Shown: in pieces, positions 36,221-51,000 of the stretch
Numbering within the stretch: the first letter of the stretch is position 1
Layout: each line of letters opens with the position of its first letter
Assembly: GCA_023231475.1 (NCBI GenBank)
Contig: JALJEE010000715.1
Location: 1-64,000 of the forward strand
Length of the DNA: 64,000 nucleotides
Direction of reading: 5' to 3'
From: Seison nebaliae
Taxonomy: Eukaryota
The notes under the pieces: model-generated
Told to the model about the DNA's origin: nothing
Seen by the model: only the letters and a program-made list of their open reading frames with translations
Database searches by the model: none
Program-made: the position numbers and the translations under genes

Positions 36221-38253
36221 TCAATTATGTTTCTTTGAGGAAGTCGATGTGGCTGATGTTGAACTTCGCTCACCACCATGCAAATGACTTCTACTGTTCG
36301 ATGTGTCGATGGTTGACGAACTATAAACATTTGTGAACGTACTATTGTTAGTGATGGGAACGGTATCGATGATACGATAACGAGAATTAGAACGAAATGG
36401 AACAATTCCAGTCGCTTGTCTAGTGGTGGCAGGGAGGAGATTAGATGATATTCGAGCGATATTATTATTACTTAACGTCTGTTTTTCGTGTTGTGAACAA
36501 CTTAAATTTTGTCCACTATTATATCTCATTTGATTTTGGATTTTCATTGATGACGATGATGATGCTTTGACGGAAGATGTCGAATAACGATGTCTCATAA
36601 AAACATTTTGATTGGGAACTTTCTCGTTATGTTTCAGAACTTTTATCTGATGTCGACGACATGTCGAATCGTCCTTATTTTTCATTGTAATTGATACACC
36701 GGTGGAGGATTGTCGTCGATTAGTGAAAGGAATCGTCGTTTGTGGCAATTGATCTCGAAGAGATTTATTATTCTCTTCAGTTTTATTTCGATGATTTTTA
36801 TAATTATTTTCATCCTTCGATTGAAGTTCATTCTTTTCCGATTCAAAACTCGCTTTCACCGCAGCTAAATGTGGACCAATTGATCGTTTAACGTGTCGTT
36901 GCTCTTGTTTCTTTATCGGTTCCGTTTTATTCTTTTCGTGAGGAAGGAAAGTTTTTGATTTTCCAGTGTCGATCGGATTATATGTGACAGGAATGTTACA
37001 ATCAGCCAAATTTCTACGCGGCGTTATTAACGGAGATTCGCGTGAATCAGAAATCGATTTTAAAATTTTGAAACTTTTAGTTAATAAATTCCATGAACCA
37101 CCATCAGTTTTCGAAGCGGATGATTCGGACATTCGAGAAATTCTCAATCTTCTTTTAATTTTGGGAGAATTCAACAATTGTCTCCGTTTATTATTTTTCG
37201 TTGTCAATCGTTCGTCGTCAGTAACTGATGTTAATTTGGGTTGAACAATTTTTTGTCGATTTGGAGTGATGTTAGCTAGAATTGAGAAGTTATCCGATCT
37301 GAATGATGTGGTTGGTGTAACTTTGGCAATCGAACTTTTATTCGTCGAACATGTTTTCTGTTTATTGTTGTTATTCATGAAATTTATCGATCGTTTCACA
37401 TTAGAACGTTTTTGTTGTTGATGATTTGAATCTTTCGTTTTTGATGGTAATGTTATGGTACTTTTATATAAATCGGAATTTTCATTTTCACGAATATTTG
37501 TCGACGATTGTCCGATGATTTTCAACGAGATCTTCTTCTCGTCTTTGTTCAATGTCAATTTGGATTGACTTCGATTATCTTTTGAGAAAGTTTGTGAGGA
37601 TTTATTGAAAGGAAAAGCAATCGCTGATTTGGAAGTCAAACGAATGAAACGATCTTTCATCGATATTCGTTGAGAACTGTCCGATGTCTTCTTCTTCAAT
37701 TGTTCATCATTCGGTGATGATAATGATGATTGAGATGTGCTGGTATTGCAACAATCCTTCAACGATTTCCCACTTTTCCAATTCTTATTATTATAATTCT
37801 CCATTTGTAAATAAGAATTCGAATAATCTGATATATCACCACCAGTATTGATACTGTTCTTTTTCGAGATAGTTATCGAACCGGTTGATGGTGGCATGAC
37901 CGTTCCTGGAATTTCTGGGGCAGATTTCCCTAATTGTCTCAATCTCATTGTTTGTTGTTTCGCATTCGTCCACATAACGGGCGATAAAAGACTTGGTAAG
38001 AATTTGTCGTTTGTCTCATCTTTAAAATGGATATTGTCTGTCAAAAAATGTTTTCTGTCATGTATTCTATATCGATTATATCGATTATTCGCTACAATTG
38101 ATTGTGCTCTCATTCCTGTGTCGCTATTGGGATGTGTTGGTCGATCATTAATTGTTAATTTAGATCGTGGCATCGATTTATCCACGTCTGATAATGTATT
38201 CATCAAATTCTTATCGATCTGTTTCATAACTGAACTCATTCGATTATTATTAA

Positions 38254-38290
<37 letters not shown>

Positions 38291-41274
38291 ATATCTTTGT
38301 GTTAATTCGATGAATTTCGCATCTAAAGTCTTTTGATCATAAGCATTCGATTTGATGATATTATGACAAGTTTTTCGAGAGAAATTGGTTGTGTTCAATA
38401 AAGTTGATGCGCCACCAGCCGCATTAGCTAATGATGATGATGATAATAAATCATTTTGAACGACACGACTTCGTCGAGTAAATCCACGATTCTCCGATTG
38501 ATATCGATTAATCGGACGACGATTATTTGCCTCTTCCGACGATTTGACTTCGATTGGCGATTGTGATTGAAAATCGATAAATTTTATTTGAGTCGAATTA
38601 TCTGATGATGAAGCTGTTGTCGTTCCAGTGGTTTGGAGATATCGATCACGACAACCGTCACTAACGTATCTGAATCCGCTATCAGAATTGACATCTTTAT
38701 TCGAACATAACGACTGATGTTTCTTTATGGTCGTTAGAGCTTGTGGTGATGAAGCTGAAGATGATAATTTTGTTATTTTCATTTTCGAATTTGGATGAAG
38801 TTCATTTTTCAATTGATTTTCCCAATATTTATGACGAGATTTTTTCAATTTTTTCCTCTGATAATTCTTCCATTTCATATCTAACGATTCGTCACTTTCA
38901 TCTGAGAAGATATTCAAATTCTTTATCGTCTGATTTTCCGAAGTTTCTGTAATTGAGGGCCATTTTTCATTTGTACCTGGATTTTGTTGAGTCAATTCAT
39001 GAACAATCGTCTTCAAATCAGTGGCAAACGCAGAATTTCCATCCAAATAATACGTCGCTTCGATATCATTATTCTTCTTTCTTCGTTTCCTCACAATTTT
39101 CTGTTGTTTTCTGATTTCTTCCACTTGTTTCTTCCCATACAAACCGTCATCACCCAATTCACAATCAATATCACCTTCATCTCCACTCGAATAATCTAAC
39201 AAAGATATTTCACCATTCTCATCTTTCACTCCCAATTTTCCTGAAGCGATATCAAACGAATAATGTTCTGGAAGGAATCCGAACATTTTACAAATCTTTT
39301 CGTCATTATTCGTCACTGGTCTCGACGCGTGTTTTTGTGGTCCAAACAATTTCGCTTTATGATGTCGATGATGATGTAATTGATTAAGTGTATTACTCGA
39401 TGAGTTCGCCGAATTTCCAGATATCAAACTGGGTTTCTGTACATTTCCCATTTTGTTAGTTCGTGAGAAGATCGAAGCAAATTCTTTACTATTCGTTGAC
39501 GAAGTAGCAGAATCGAAATAATTTTTTGAATTCCTCATTTGTTCCTCACAATTCTTCAAGTCACTAAACGGATATTTTGTTCGAATTAATTTCGAACATC
39601 GCAAATCTGTTACAATCTGATCGAACAAATTCTTTATATCTTTCTCACCTAATAATTTTTCATCTTTCTCAGTGTTTGATGGTGAGGGATCAGGTTTCAT
39701 GTTTGCTTTATATTCCATATACCTGATACCACCAAATGATGTATTAAAATCGGCAACACAAAAATCCGTATCACTTGAAGTTGATGATTCGTCGTTATTA
39801 ATACTGTCGATGGTATTGATACTGTGCTTGGAAATATTTTTCATTTTTTTCAAACTATTCTCTAATTTTGATGAAGATGATTCTCTCGGTTTCGTTCCCT
39901 CCGATATCAACTTCATATAATTCATTCGATGACGATAATAATTATCTTGATGTTGTTTATTGTTGAGAATGATGGTACGATTGATTTTCGGATGTAAAGG
40001 AGAAGATAACGTTTTCAAATAATTATGATTCATACCATAAAGGAAGGAAGATATCTGGTTTGAATATTTATTCAATAATTCAACACCTTCATTGGAATCG
40101 ACAGTTCTACAAATGAAGCATAATTTTTTAATTTCAAAAAAAAATTAGAAATTTTTAACCTTACACGATACAGATTCGTACCGACTAATGTAATCAGATT
40201 AAGAGCGATATCTTTAATTTTATTGTCATTTTTACTCACTCTCGTTTTATCACTTCGTTCGTCACTAATAATATTCTGAGAAGAAGAATTTGGTGTGGTC
40301 GTTTTAGAGGAAATGGAGGAAGTGAATAATTTCTTATTTTTACTACAATTCTTATTCTTCTTTAAACTATTCTTCGGAAAATCAGATAATGATGTACTTG
40401 ATGGTAACGAATGGGTATTTTGCGATTTCATCGAAAGATAACTGTTCTTACGTTTGTTGACGGGACTTTCGGATTCGAACACTTCATTGTCCTCCACCGA
40501 ATCCGAAATGTCGTCGTCAGCAGAACTCGATATGTCTTTCGACATACCATTCGCATTATTTTTCCGATTTCCATCGGTAAAATGTTTTTTTAGAACTTTA
40601 TGTATCTTCTCCTCGAATATCTTTACAACGGATGCGAGAATTTTGGAGGCTACAGTGAAACTGCTGTGATCGCAGACACTGAACACGATGGCTAAGGCGT
40701 CACTACGACTGAGAATATCTTTCAATGATTGTCTAGTTGAGCAGAGCTGAAATCGGAATAAGAATGAATGATTGTGAGAAAAATATTTTAAAAAAATTTA
40801 TTGAGAATAATAACTCTATCGAAATCTGTATCTTCTATTTTGAGGATACATGGTTGATTGTTAACGAATGTGGTACCGAGGCATCTTGACGGTGGTATGG
40901 TTCGTATCAATGCATCATCTATAAAACGAAATATTTTTTTTTTAAAAAAAAATAATTTTAAGAATTAAAATATGTGAAATTAAACCGTTGTGAGGAATGT
41001 ATTCATCGAAATAGCGATTTGTTAAATATCGCATAATCACGGCTAAAAAGGAAGGATAAAGAATGAGAATTTGATGGTTTGAAAGAAGAGGAAGAAGAGA
41101 TTATAATGAACCCGATTTACCCGATGAAGTTGCACCAACGAACGTAACCGAATATGATTCTTTAGTTACATAGGGAAAAGTCTCGTTAATTTCGAGTGTG
41201 GTCGGTTTGAATTTTTCGAAATCATTTGCTCGAACCGATTTATTTGTGGGTTTTCGACTGATGGATGTTGTCAT
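36221..41274 (-). CDS. Very large Ras-like (RERG/RASL-type) degenerate GTPase, ~1598 aa, 5 exons
   Basis: Introns 41043-41111, 40919-40985, 40747-40814 and 40107-40159 join VTFVGATSSGKSAVIMRYLTNRYFDEY...LKIEDTDF...SDALAIVFSVCDHSSF...LVGTNLYRVRTVDSNEGVELL to the 1284-aa track ORF. Start ATG 41274 is tentative. Confidence 0.75.
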
Positions 41275-42186
41275 AACTGGAGAGGCATCCGAATGTTGAA
41301 TACTTTCACCATACGGTTTTGAGAAGCGAATAAATGAATGTTCCGTTTGCTTCTTTTTAATATGTCTATTGGGGAATGAATGATGAGACGCGTAATGATT
41401 AATGATTCGACAATTTATTCGCTAAATATCAGATGATATACATTAAGAAGTATCATCATTAAATGGGAAGACGAGCGACGATTTGACGTTACATACATGG
41501 AATTTTTAGATCGATTCATCTATGTGCTGGTATCGATCGGAGATATGCAGATATTTATATAACATCTATAGGAAATATTTGTTGTTGTTGTTGTTGTTGT
41601 TGCTGGTGGGAGGGCAGATGGGGAGAAGAACGACGCCTACTAATGGCATTGGAAGAGAAGAGGATTCTCTAAACGCCGTTGAAATGAATTTGAAGGAAAA
41701 GTATCTTTATCTATTATTTCTTTTATCGCACAGTTAGATAGATAGATAGATATACATAGATAGAAAGAAAGAAAGGAAGAAAGATACATATTCATTTATT
41801 TCCATTTATTAACGAACATTACCATTTAAGGTCGTCACATCGATATGTGTGCTGGAAGTTGAGTTATGGAGGAGAAATCTAGATAATTCAAATCGGTAAT
41901 CATTCATCGACGATTTTTTTTATCTTTTCGACATATTCAAATTGGAAATTACAGTTTCTTTTTTAATATCGTCAGTCCGAGTGTTGTACCGCTGCTCTTA
42001 AAGAACGAATGGTTCTGGAGGCACACAATGATCAGTGTTCTTCCATACCTTTTGTGCTGAAGGATTATTTAAAATCAATTAAACTAATACTTCAATTCTT
42101 TAAAGAATACATCATAAATAGACCGTTCATCGATTATGTGTCTCTATGACTGCTGCTGCTACTGTTGTTGTTGTTGTTGTTGTTGT

Positions 42187-42217
<31 letters not shown>

Positions 42218-45209
42218 GGTGTGTGAGAGTATGAGATTTTATTCATAGCACCATGTGCACATATACATATAGATAAAAGAAGATATATATATATATATAT
42301 ATAAATATATGTGAGAACGAATGAATATTAAGGAGAACTATGTTATTATAATAAAAACATCTACTTCTTTTCCGAATGAAAGTGAAGGAATAAGTAAACG
42401 ATGCGTTAGGGCAAACGAATTGCAATAAAAGATTTCGTTACCTCTGTATCGAATTGTTATTGAACGGCGATAATGATTGTTGATCGTGTGCTAAAACATC
42501 GATGGAATTCAATGCCATTGGAAAGAAAGGAGGAAACTCATTCAACATCTAACCAAAATGAGCCTATTACTATTATGATGATATCGTTCCCTAATGATGG
42601 TTTGCAGTTTGGGGTGGAGATATCGATAATTCCTAATAGAAAACTAATCATTGGGAGTTTGGTGGGGCGAAATCAATTCTGTTCATGTACAATCGCATCA
42701 CACACAGAAATGAGATTGTATTACAATTCTATTATTAATCTTCTGCCTGAACATCTGAACTAGATCGATTAATCCCCAAATTTTCTTTCTTTCTTTCTTC
42801 CTCTCACTCACCAATACGTAGGAGGAAGAATATGGAATATATTTAAAATGGAAGACATGCATTCAATCCTTTACATATATTTCCTGTTTACTTATCTAAT
42901 AATTAATAGTGATAATAGGAGGAGAACAAGAGAACAGAAGTCTGATCAGATAATCATAAATAAAATCATTTAACATTGAAACATTAAGAAGAAATTAAAA
43001 ATGTTGTAAGTTATCTAATTAAAATCCGTCAGGCTTCCAACCTCCCCTCCCCCTCATCTCTCCCCAAATAAGTGAAAGTTAAATGAATAATGGATCGTTA
43101 TTGTATATGATGCATTCTTATGGTGTAATGTCTTGCTCACTCTCCAATACTATCAAAGATGGTATTGTTCTTTCAATGGAACAACCTTGAGAATCGACTC
43201 AACAATTATCGATGTGTTAACAATGAATTAAAGATGGCGTATCTTCCTTCTCCGTCTCTTGTATACAAACGCCATCACGAACCGATATAAACAGTTCTGC
43301 ACATTCACTTCCAATTCACATTCTATCAACGCACACAAGAACGTTATGTATGTACACGTACGGCAACTACATCCCACCAATTCCTTATATATAAACAACT
43401 CAACTCTCTAAGGAGAATAGATGGGAGAGAAGATCGGCATTGTACTTGAGACGACGAAAGGCCGAATCGTTATTGAATAACAGGAAGATATTGAAGCCAA
43501 CACAAATTGAACTGAAAATTACTTTAAGAATGGTAATCATTAACATAATCACGATTAATTTTAAAAGTTTACATTTCTTCTCATTCTCTCAATTTCACAT
43601 CGTTCAACAATCGAACAAACTATTTCACTTCAACATTTCATTTTATTCCTCAAACAACGTTCAATTTTCTTGGAAATTGGAAATAGGCACAAAATTGTGA
43701 AAGTTTAAACTTTGGAATTGGAATTTCCAATTTCATATTACTTCTAGAAATAATTTTCTTAATCACATATTTGAAGAAGTTGATATTTGAGGTAGCAATT
43801 TGTGATTGACTTGAAATAATTATAATTCGAGAAAAGAAAACATAAAAACTGAATATTTAATGATAATAATAAATGAAATAATATTTCGAACAATAACAAA
43901 TTGTTATTTAACTAATAAATTCCTCTAACAAATAAATTCTATCATTTTCATTTGATCCATCAACTCCTCATCTTTGATTATATTATTATGACATTTTAAG
44001 GATGGATAGTTTAATGGATAAAACGGAATTGGATGAATGAATGAAACAAGAAAATATTTACTTGATTCTGATATAACTACTAAACGGTTTACACGTTTAC
44101 TACTTACTGTCTAGTAGGAAGGAGAAATGGTTGTCGGATTATTCAACATTTATTCGTCGAATATTTGGACGTTCTCCATCCAATGTCAGAAAGATACTGG
44201 AAACGTATGAGACGAAGTGATAAAGGAATAAATGAGAGAAACAGTCTTCCTTCCACCACTTCATTCATCCAATGCTTAATATCGGTTAATTTCTATGTCT
44301 TTCGTCATGTTATCGTCTGCCCAATGATTGAGATAAGTAGCAACGGACGAAAATGAAATGAAGATTGTGGAGAGATGAGTGAGAAGGGAGAGAAGAACAC
44401 CTCCGTTCAATCATCTTCCAAAAAGAAAGAATCGATTAATATTACTTATTCATATTTTATTGTTATTCAACTCATTATGTTTATCTTTCTACTATTCCAT
44501 GCTCTATTTGCTATCGTATAGTAGATTCGGTGCTTTGAAGACGCATCGATCTACAGATCCATTCATCCTTCCTTCCTCTCGTCTTCCTCTCTCAAATTAA
44601 TATTATGATCTAATTTGTTTTACATTTTCTAAATTGTACTGTATTTATCTTATTTAGTAAGAAAGAATTTCAACAATCAAACGATCGAAAATAAATAATT
44701 ATTTATTGGTGTGTAAAGATTTGATTCATAATTGTTTACAATAACTTTCTTCATCGACTTACATAAATTCATTTACGTAATGTTTCTTTTTACGTGAAAG
44801 GAGAAAAATGGTAAGGAATTGCGAAGAAGAATAATGTTAATAAACTCGGATTTGAAGGAAAATTATCTGATTCTGTAGATGAATGATAATGAAGATGAGA
44901 TGGATTTCGGGAGAGAAATGAAAAGAATAAAAAAAGGAAACTTCATAATAAATCTGAGATAAATAATGATCATTGAAACAAATATGAATGTTGATTATGT
45001 TATTCGATGAAGATAATAATAAGAATCATCATCATCCTCAACATCATCATTATCATAATCATCATCATCATCATCATGATAATGGTAGCAAATAGCATTA
45101 GCAACAGCAATTCATAGCCTTGAGTGAATAGAATAAAAATGAATTTATTTTTGACTAGAACCATTTCGATCCATCGAACACATTTCTCCAATTAACATAT
45201 TTGTTAAGT

Positions 45210-48024
45210 TTAGATTAACACGATCCGACTCTCCTCACCACAATCATGACAAGATAAATTTAAGTGGCACGTCGTGTGCATCCACTCATTCTTCAATTTC
45301 ATTCGACTTCCATTCCCATTCCGTTCCTTCATCACGAAAATTTTATTCCTCGTCACTAGACCGATAACATATTTCGCAAAAAATGAAGTGTCGCCATCGT
45401 CCGTTTTTTTCAACCATCTGATCTTACTCGATATTATCGATTGTTTCACCGTTTCATTCTGAGTCACATCTAAATCCGAATAGATTAATTTAAAAAATAA
45501 TTCAAGTTCATCATAAATAAATTTAAATGGAAAACCATGAATGATTTTCAATTTTTCAGTATCGATGTCAACTTCGATCATATCCGGTTTGTTATCAGAA
45601 GAGAATAATAAATGTGGATGTCGGACACCTTCAGTCTCTAAGAATGCCAAGGAATTCACTTGGAGATTCGTATCGATATGGAAGAGCGGCTCAAATATGT
45701 TAAGAGAAACATTCGTCCAATTCTCATCGATGGAATTGATGAGATATTTCGTTTCATTTTTCATGTTATAATTCAACGAGTCCGACGGTTTCGTTTGTTT
45801 CTCTTCATAATATATCTGTTTTTGTAGGAGTGTTAATTTATCATGCCACCGATTCATCTCAGCTTTGGTGAGAACGTGTAAAGGATTTATACTCTCCACT
45901 CGAATCACATTCTTCTCATTATTAATCGTAATGAGGAGATCTTGATAATCGTCGATGAATACAGATCCATAATTAATCCGTCTTTTCTTCTTGGAGAAGA
46001 GTTTCGGTTCGGGAACACTTCCGGTCCATCTAATCGACATCGCCTCGTCAATCACATCTAAATAAATCGGTTGAGTTGTTAGACAATCGGCAACATATCG
46101 AATCACCGAATTCTTCCCATCCTCCACACAACTCACCAAAACAAAACCTGGAAATACAAAATTTTTCAATCGAACATTTTTATGAAAAATCAAACATGCA
46201 TCATATCGATTCTTCCATCCGTTCTCGGATGATGGTGTGATAATATGGAAATCATTCATTTGACAAATTTTATTTGATGAATATAAATCTTTCGATAAAC
46301 ATTCCTTATTCTCGGTCGGACAATAAATTATTGACTTATTTCCACTTTTTCCATTCGTCACCAGCAACCACAAAGGGAATGATGGGAAATTAGGAATCAT
46401 TTCAATTTTCTCGATATAATCATCTTTTCCCAATTCGTCGATGACAGATACTAATGAATCATGATTATCGCCATCTTCATACGTGAAATAATCGTCGTCG
46501 AAATTCGAGTCCAACATAAATGACAATTTCAATCGGATCAATTTATTTTTTTCATCATCACCAAATTGAAGGAATAAATCATCAGATAATTCATTGTATG
46601 GGAAAATATTTTTAATGTGTTGTTGAAAAATGATTTTCTAAAAATTTAAAAGAACTTAATTTAAAAAAAAATTTCAATTCGTTAACTTTTATTCGTTTTA
46701 TCGGTTTCTCTGAATGACGACGATGAGAATTGATAAATTGAATTCGTTCGATGATTATGAGAATTAATACACTTGAATTCTTCTCGAATGCGACAATGAC
46801 AGTTTTCCAATCATCATTCTGAACAGGAACATGACATAATATCGTCTTCTCCCAATTACATCGATGATTTGAATCGAAACATAATTTGGATGAAGAACTT
46901 TTCGTTATCGATCGATCGGTTTGTTTCTCGTTCGATAATTCGATGATAGAATCTTGTGCTGATATCGTTTGTACATTCATCACATTCATTTTTGGTTGAC
47001 AGGTTTTTAGGGAATATAATTCTATTCCGTTCTCACTGAAGACTGATAGATAATGTTCTTCATCAATTTTTTCATGTAGTTCTCGATTTTCAAAAGTTGG
47101 ATCCACAAATCTCTTCGTTGCTTCCAACCAATATGAGAATTGATGTTCAACATTCTTATTCTTCCCATTCGTCAGAGATAAGTGAATTGTACAAGTGAAA
47201 ATGCCTAATAATTGAGGCAAATATTTCTTCTTCAACTTTAATTCATTCAATCGTAATGTTGAAGGATGAAGGAATTCGTGGAAATAATTCGATTCCATCT
47301 TATCATCATATCTCGACCAACTGATATTGATAATATGATTTTTCACCAACTGATAATTCGTATCATTTCCTAAACAGAACAATGAAATATTTTCAGATGA
47401 TTCAAACGAATCTAAAAGAAAAATCTCATTTTTAATTTTATTCATATTTCCAATATCAGACAATAATTCCATCAATTCATGATCGTCTATCGAATTTTCC
47501 GATTCTTTATTTTTTGTTTGCGGTTTATTCGAAATCAAATTGAAACATAATTGTTGGAGAAGATATTCGTCGTACTCTTTTTCGGATGAGGAAGAAATGA
47601 AATCAAACTTCGATTCCATAATTCTGACAATTGGCAAATTGATTTGTTCATATGTTCTTCCGTCACCATTCAACCGATATTGGGCTTCCTGACAATCGGT
47701 CAATATTAAATCGTTTGGATTTCTATAGAGATTTCCATCACTTCCACACATAATCGTTCCGTTAGCTGATATGTTGTTAGATTTGGTCAGATCGCATATA
47801 CATTGAGATTCATAGAGACTAATTGCAGGAATACTGTCATCATTATCAGATTTGATGGTGTAAAACGGTTGACATCGATGGAGTGGATGTGGACAATCGT
47901 TGTCGTTGGCACAATCTAATCGTTGTTTCTGTTTTTGTAATAGATCATTCCTTCGAATAGTTTCACTAAATATTTTTGAAATAAACAGGATTTTGATGAG
48001 GAGAATATGATTTCGTAAAATCAT
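45210..48024 (-). CDS. Secreted Kazal/follistatin + Ig-like protein, divergent FSTL4/5-like (~921 aa; intron 46638-46686)
   Basis: Signal-like N-terminus, CIC...IMCGSDGNLY...DC (Kazal), LFC...ISWS...GIFTC (Ig) and a beta-rich C-terminal half. A 49-nt GTT...TAG intron fuses the two track ORFs in frame. Confidence 0.6.
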
Positions 48025-51000
48025 TCTGAATGGAGGAAAAAACTAAATTTACAAATCGATTAATTGAGAATATGATTGAGAATATAATGGAGAAAAATGG
48101 AAAATATTTCCATAATTCTCAAGTGTTCTCTCGGAAAGATCTTGGGAATATTCGGATAAGTTTTTTTGGGGAAGGAAAAAGGAAAGAAAACCGATCGGTC
48201 TTATATAAGTCTTGAAAAAAATTTATTATTCAAAATGATTTAATAGACAATTAATGTAAGTTGAAACGAGGAATGATGCAAATGAAGCATGAACTGTGTT
48301 GTTCATCAAAGAAAAACTAATAATTATGCATCTCCTTTTTAAATGGGGACGACGGTAGGAGAAGAAGCCTTCGAAGAAGTGGAAGCAATGATATAAACAA
48401 TCTGAAGAAATCACATTGAGAGGCAGGGGTAGTCCTCTTAGCATGATTGGCATTCTCAAAAGGGGGAATCCTTCCTTGAACGGAATGACATCCTGAAACG
48501 AAAGACGAAAGCCATTATTATAATTTACATATAAATGAAGTAGAAATCATTGACTAACATAAGATCATTCAGATTCGAGAGAAAAAGAAAAGATCATGAG
48601 AAATAGGTGCAAACAGATCAACATATCATTCCCTCCATCATGTAGTTGGACGGAGAGATTTCTATTTATTTCTCTCCTCCAATTTTATTAAGAGAATGTT
48701 CAATCGAATATGAATGCACTTCCATCCGAAACTTGCCCTAGGTATAGCCATCGAGAAGACATGTATTCTAATATTTGTTCGAATTCGAGACTATCCCAAA
48801 TCGAAGCAGTGTTCCAACTATAATTTCTTCTACTTCCCCCTTCCATCATCACACGAATAAACATCGAATATATGACGATATCTCCTCTAGAAAAGAAAAG
48901 AAAAAACAATGTTCCTTCCTCGTCTCGGGGAGAAGAAAATCTTTCGAATTTTCCCAACAATAAAATTTTCCATTAATATTGATGATGATCTAATTCGATC
49001 TTATTACTCCTAGAATGGTTTGTTACAGTTTGTGACATATGAATTATGACATAACATTATTCGTTTGTCAGAATAGATACGATTAGATTTGTGTAAAAAG
49101 ATTGTGTTAAATCGAATTTCCTTCGATTCGCTCATTGATTGACATGATTGTTTGGTTGACGTGCTATTCGTATATGATCATTGGATTATGAATATGGCGT
49201 CAGAACCGATTGTTACATGTTTCACTCGATGTAATTCTCTCTCGAAAACAAAAGGAATGGAAAGAATAGAAGAAGAAGAAACTCGATTTCAAGGCGATAT
49301 CTAATCAACCGTCCTTGTTCATTTTTCCATTCTTCTTCTTCTTCTATTCTGTCATTTATCACAGGACGTTTCGATCAATAGATCGACTACATCTTTATCA
49401 TCAAAACGAAACTGAATTACTTCAGTTACACATTATTCGTATTGTTGAAATAGAAACAATTGATGAAGAAACGAAAGAGGATGAAGTGATTCGAAGGTAT
49501 ATAGGGACTTTCTCTCCTAAAATAATTTTCACACTTCCATAAAATATTTGTTTGGCTAATAAATTATTGAAAGATCAGACATTCTGGAATGTTTCATTCA
49601 TCCGATCCTCATTCCATTAAATTCGTCAGTACGATCCAATGAAGATTTGTTCATAGTTGAATGGAAAATGATTATTAGGAAAGGTCATCATCCTCATCAT
49701 CATCATCATCATCATCTTCTGTTCGTCATTTGGAGGAAAGCATTAACTGAAATTTTTTTATTCCGCTCGTCCACTCAACTATTCAATCCGACAATATGAT
49801 ATAATTTATTCATCAAATAATCAAATTTTTTTGTCTTTAATCGGACGAGAAATTAGAACACTTCAATTTGCACTTCTTTATTAATACTGATAATTGTCTG
49901 ACGACGATGTAAGACATAAAAATGAAGATAATAAATGAAGATAATTGAACGATAATAATCGATAAAGAATATGTCGGATAAGACGATTGAGATGAGACGA
50001 AAATGAAATGACAAGCGGCAAGAGACCACTGCAGTTGTCATCGAGCTCTTCTAAGTCTCGTCGTACGTGTCTCTTATCTATCATCAGGAGATTCATATAA
50101 TTCTTTCCATCTTCACAAATCATCATCTCTCTAAATATCAAACCGATCGATTGATGATATTCTCCCAATATCAGAACAAAAGATTTCTTATGAATGAATA
50201 TCTTCATATCATCAATCGATGAGAAAGATGATTATTGTTCGAATAATTATTGGAATCCTCCTGAATATGGTGACGTAATTATCTGTTGCTATTTGTTTTC
50301 TGAATTGAGATTGGAAGAACATCAGTTAGCGAATAGATAGAATGCAAATGCACAGAAATAGACGATTGTAAAAAATGAGAAACAAATTAGTCAATATCTT
50401 TCTATTTGTTGTTGGGCACCGCTTCCTGTTTCGTATAAACACGAAATCAAATTGACATATCGCAGAAATGCAGAAATAACTTTCTATTTCCTTAAAAACA
50501 ATTCCCACTAATAATGAAACCGACGGACGAATGAATACAGCACAAATGATTCGATTGATCATATGCGAGAATGTATCGTGACTACTAACGACAACGACGG
50601 CAACAACGATGACAACGACAGTTCTTGTACCGATGTCGAGTAATTGTATTAAATACTACTACTGTTCACATCGTTGTCAACAGTTAAACTTACGTCAATA
50701 TTATGACAAGAAATCTTTGAACAATACGAGATGTTTCCGATTCATCAGAAAACGATTGTTTGCTTCCGTTTCAAATGTCCAGATCGAACGGAAAGAGAAC
50801 GTCCATCGTCATACCAACATCTCATTATTTAATAATTAATAATAGCCATTGAAACACGATTTCACTTCCATTAACTAGAATAAGGTGTTAGAGTATCAAT
50901 TAAGAACATACCAGAATTAAACGACTGAATTCATTATTATCACCATCGATGATTTTGCTTTAAATAAATTTACGTAATATTATGGTCTATTCATTTATAA

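Noticed and set aside
43788..43810. TGAGGTAG let-7 seed
   Set aside because: No pre-miRNA hairpin, and the rest of the sequence does not match.
48646..48682. Hairpin starting TGGACGGAGA (miR-184-like seed)
   Set aside because: Short stem, sequence on the wrong arm and no similarity beyond 10 nt.
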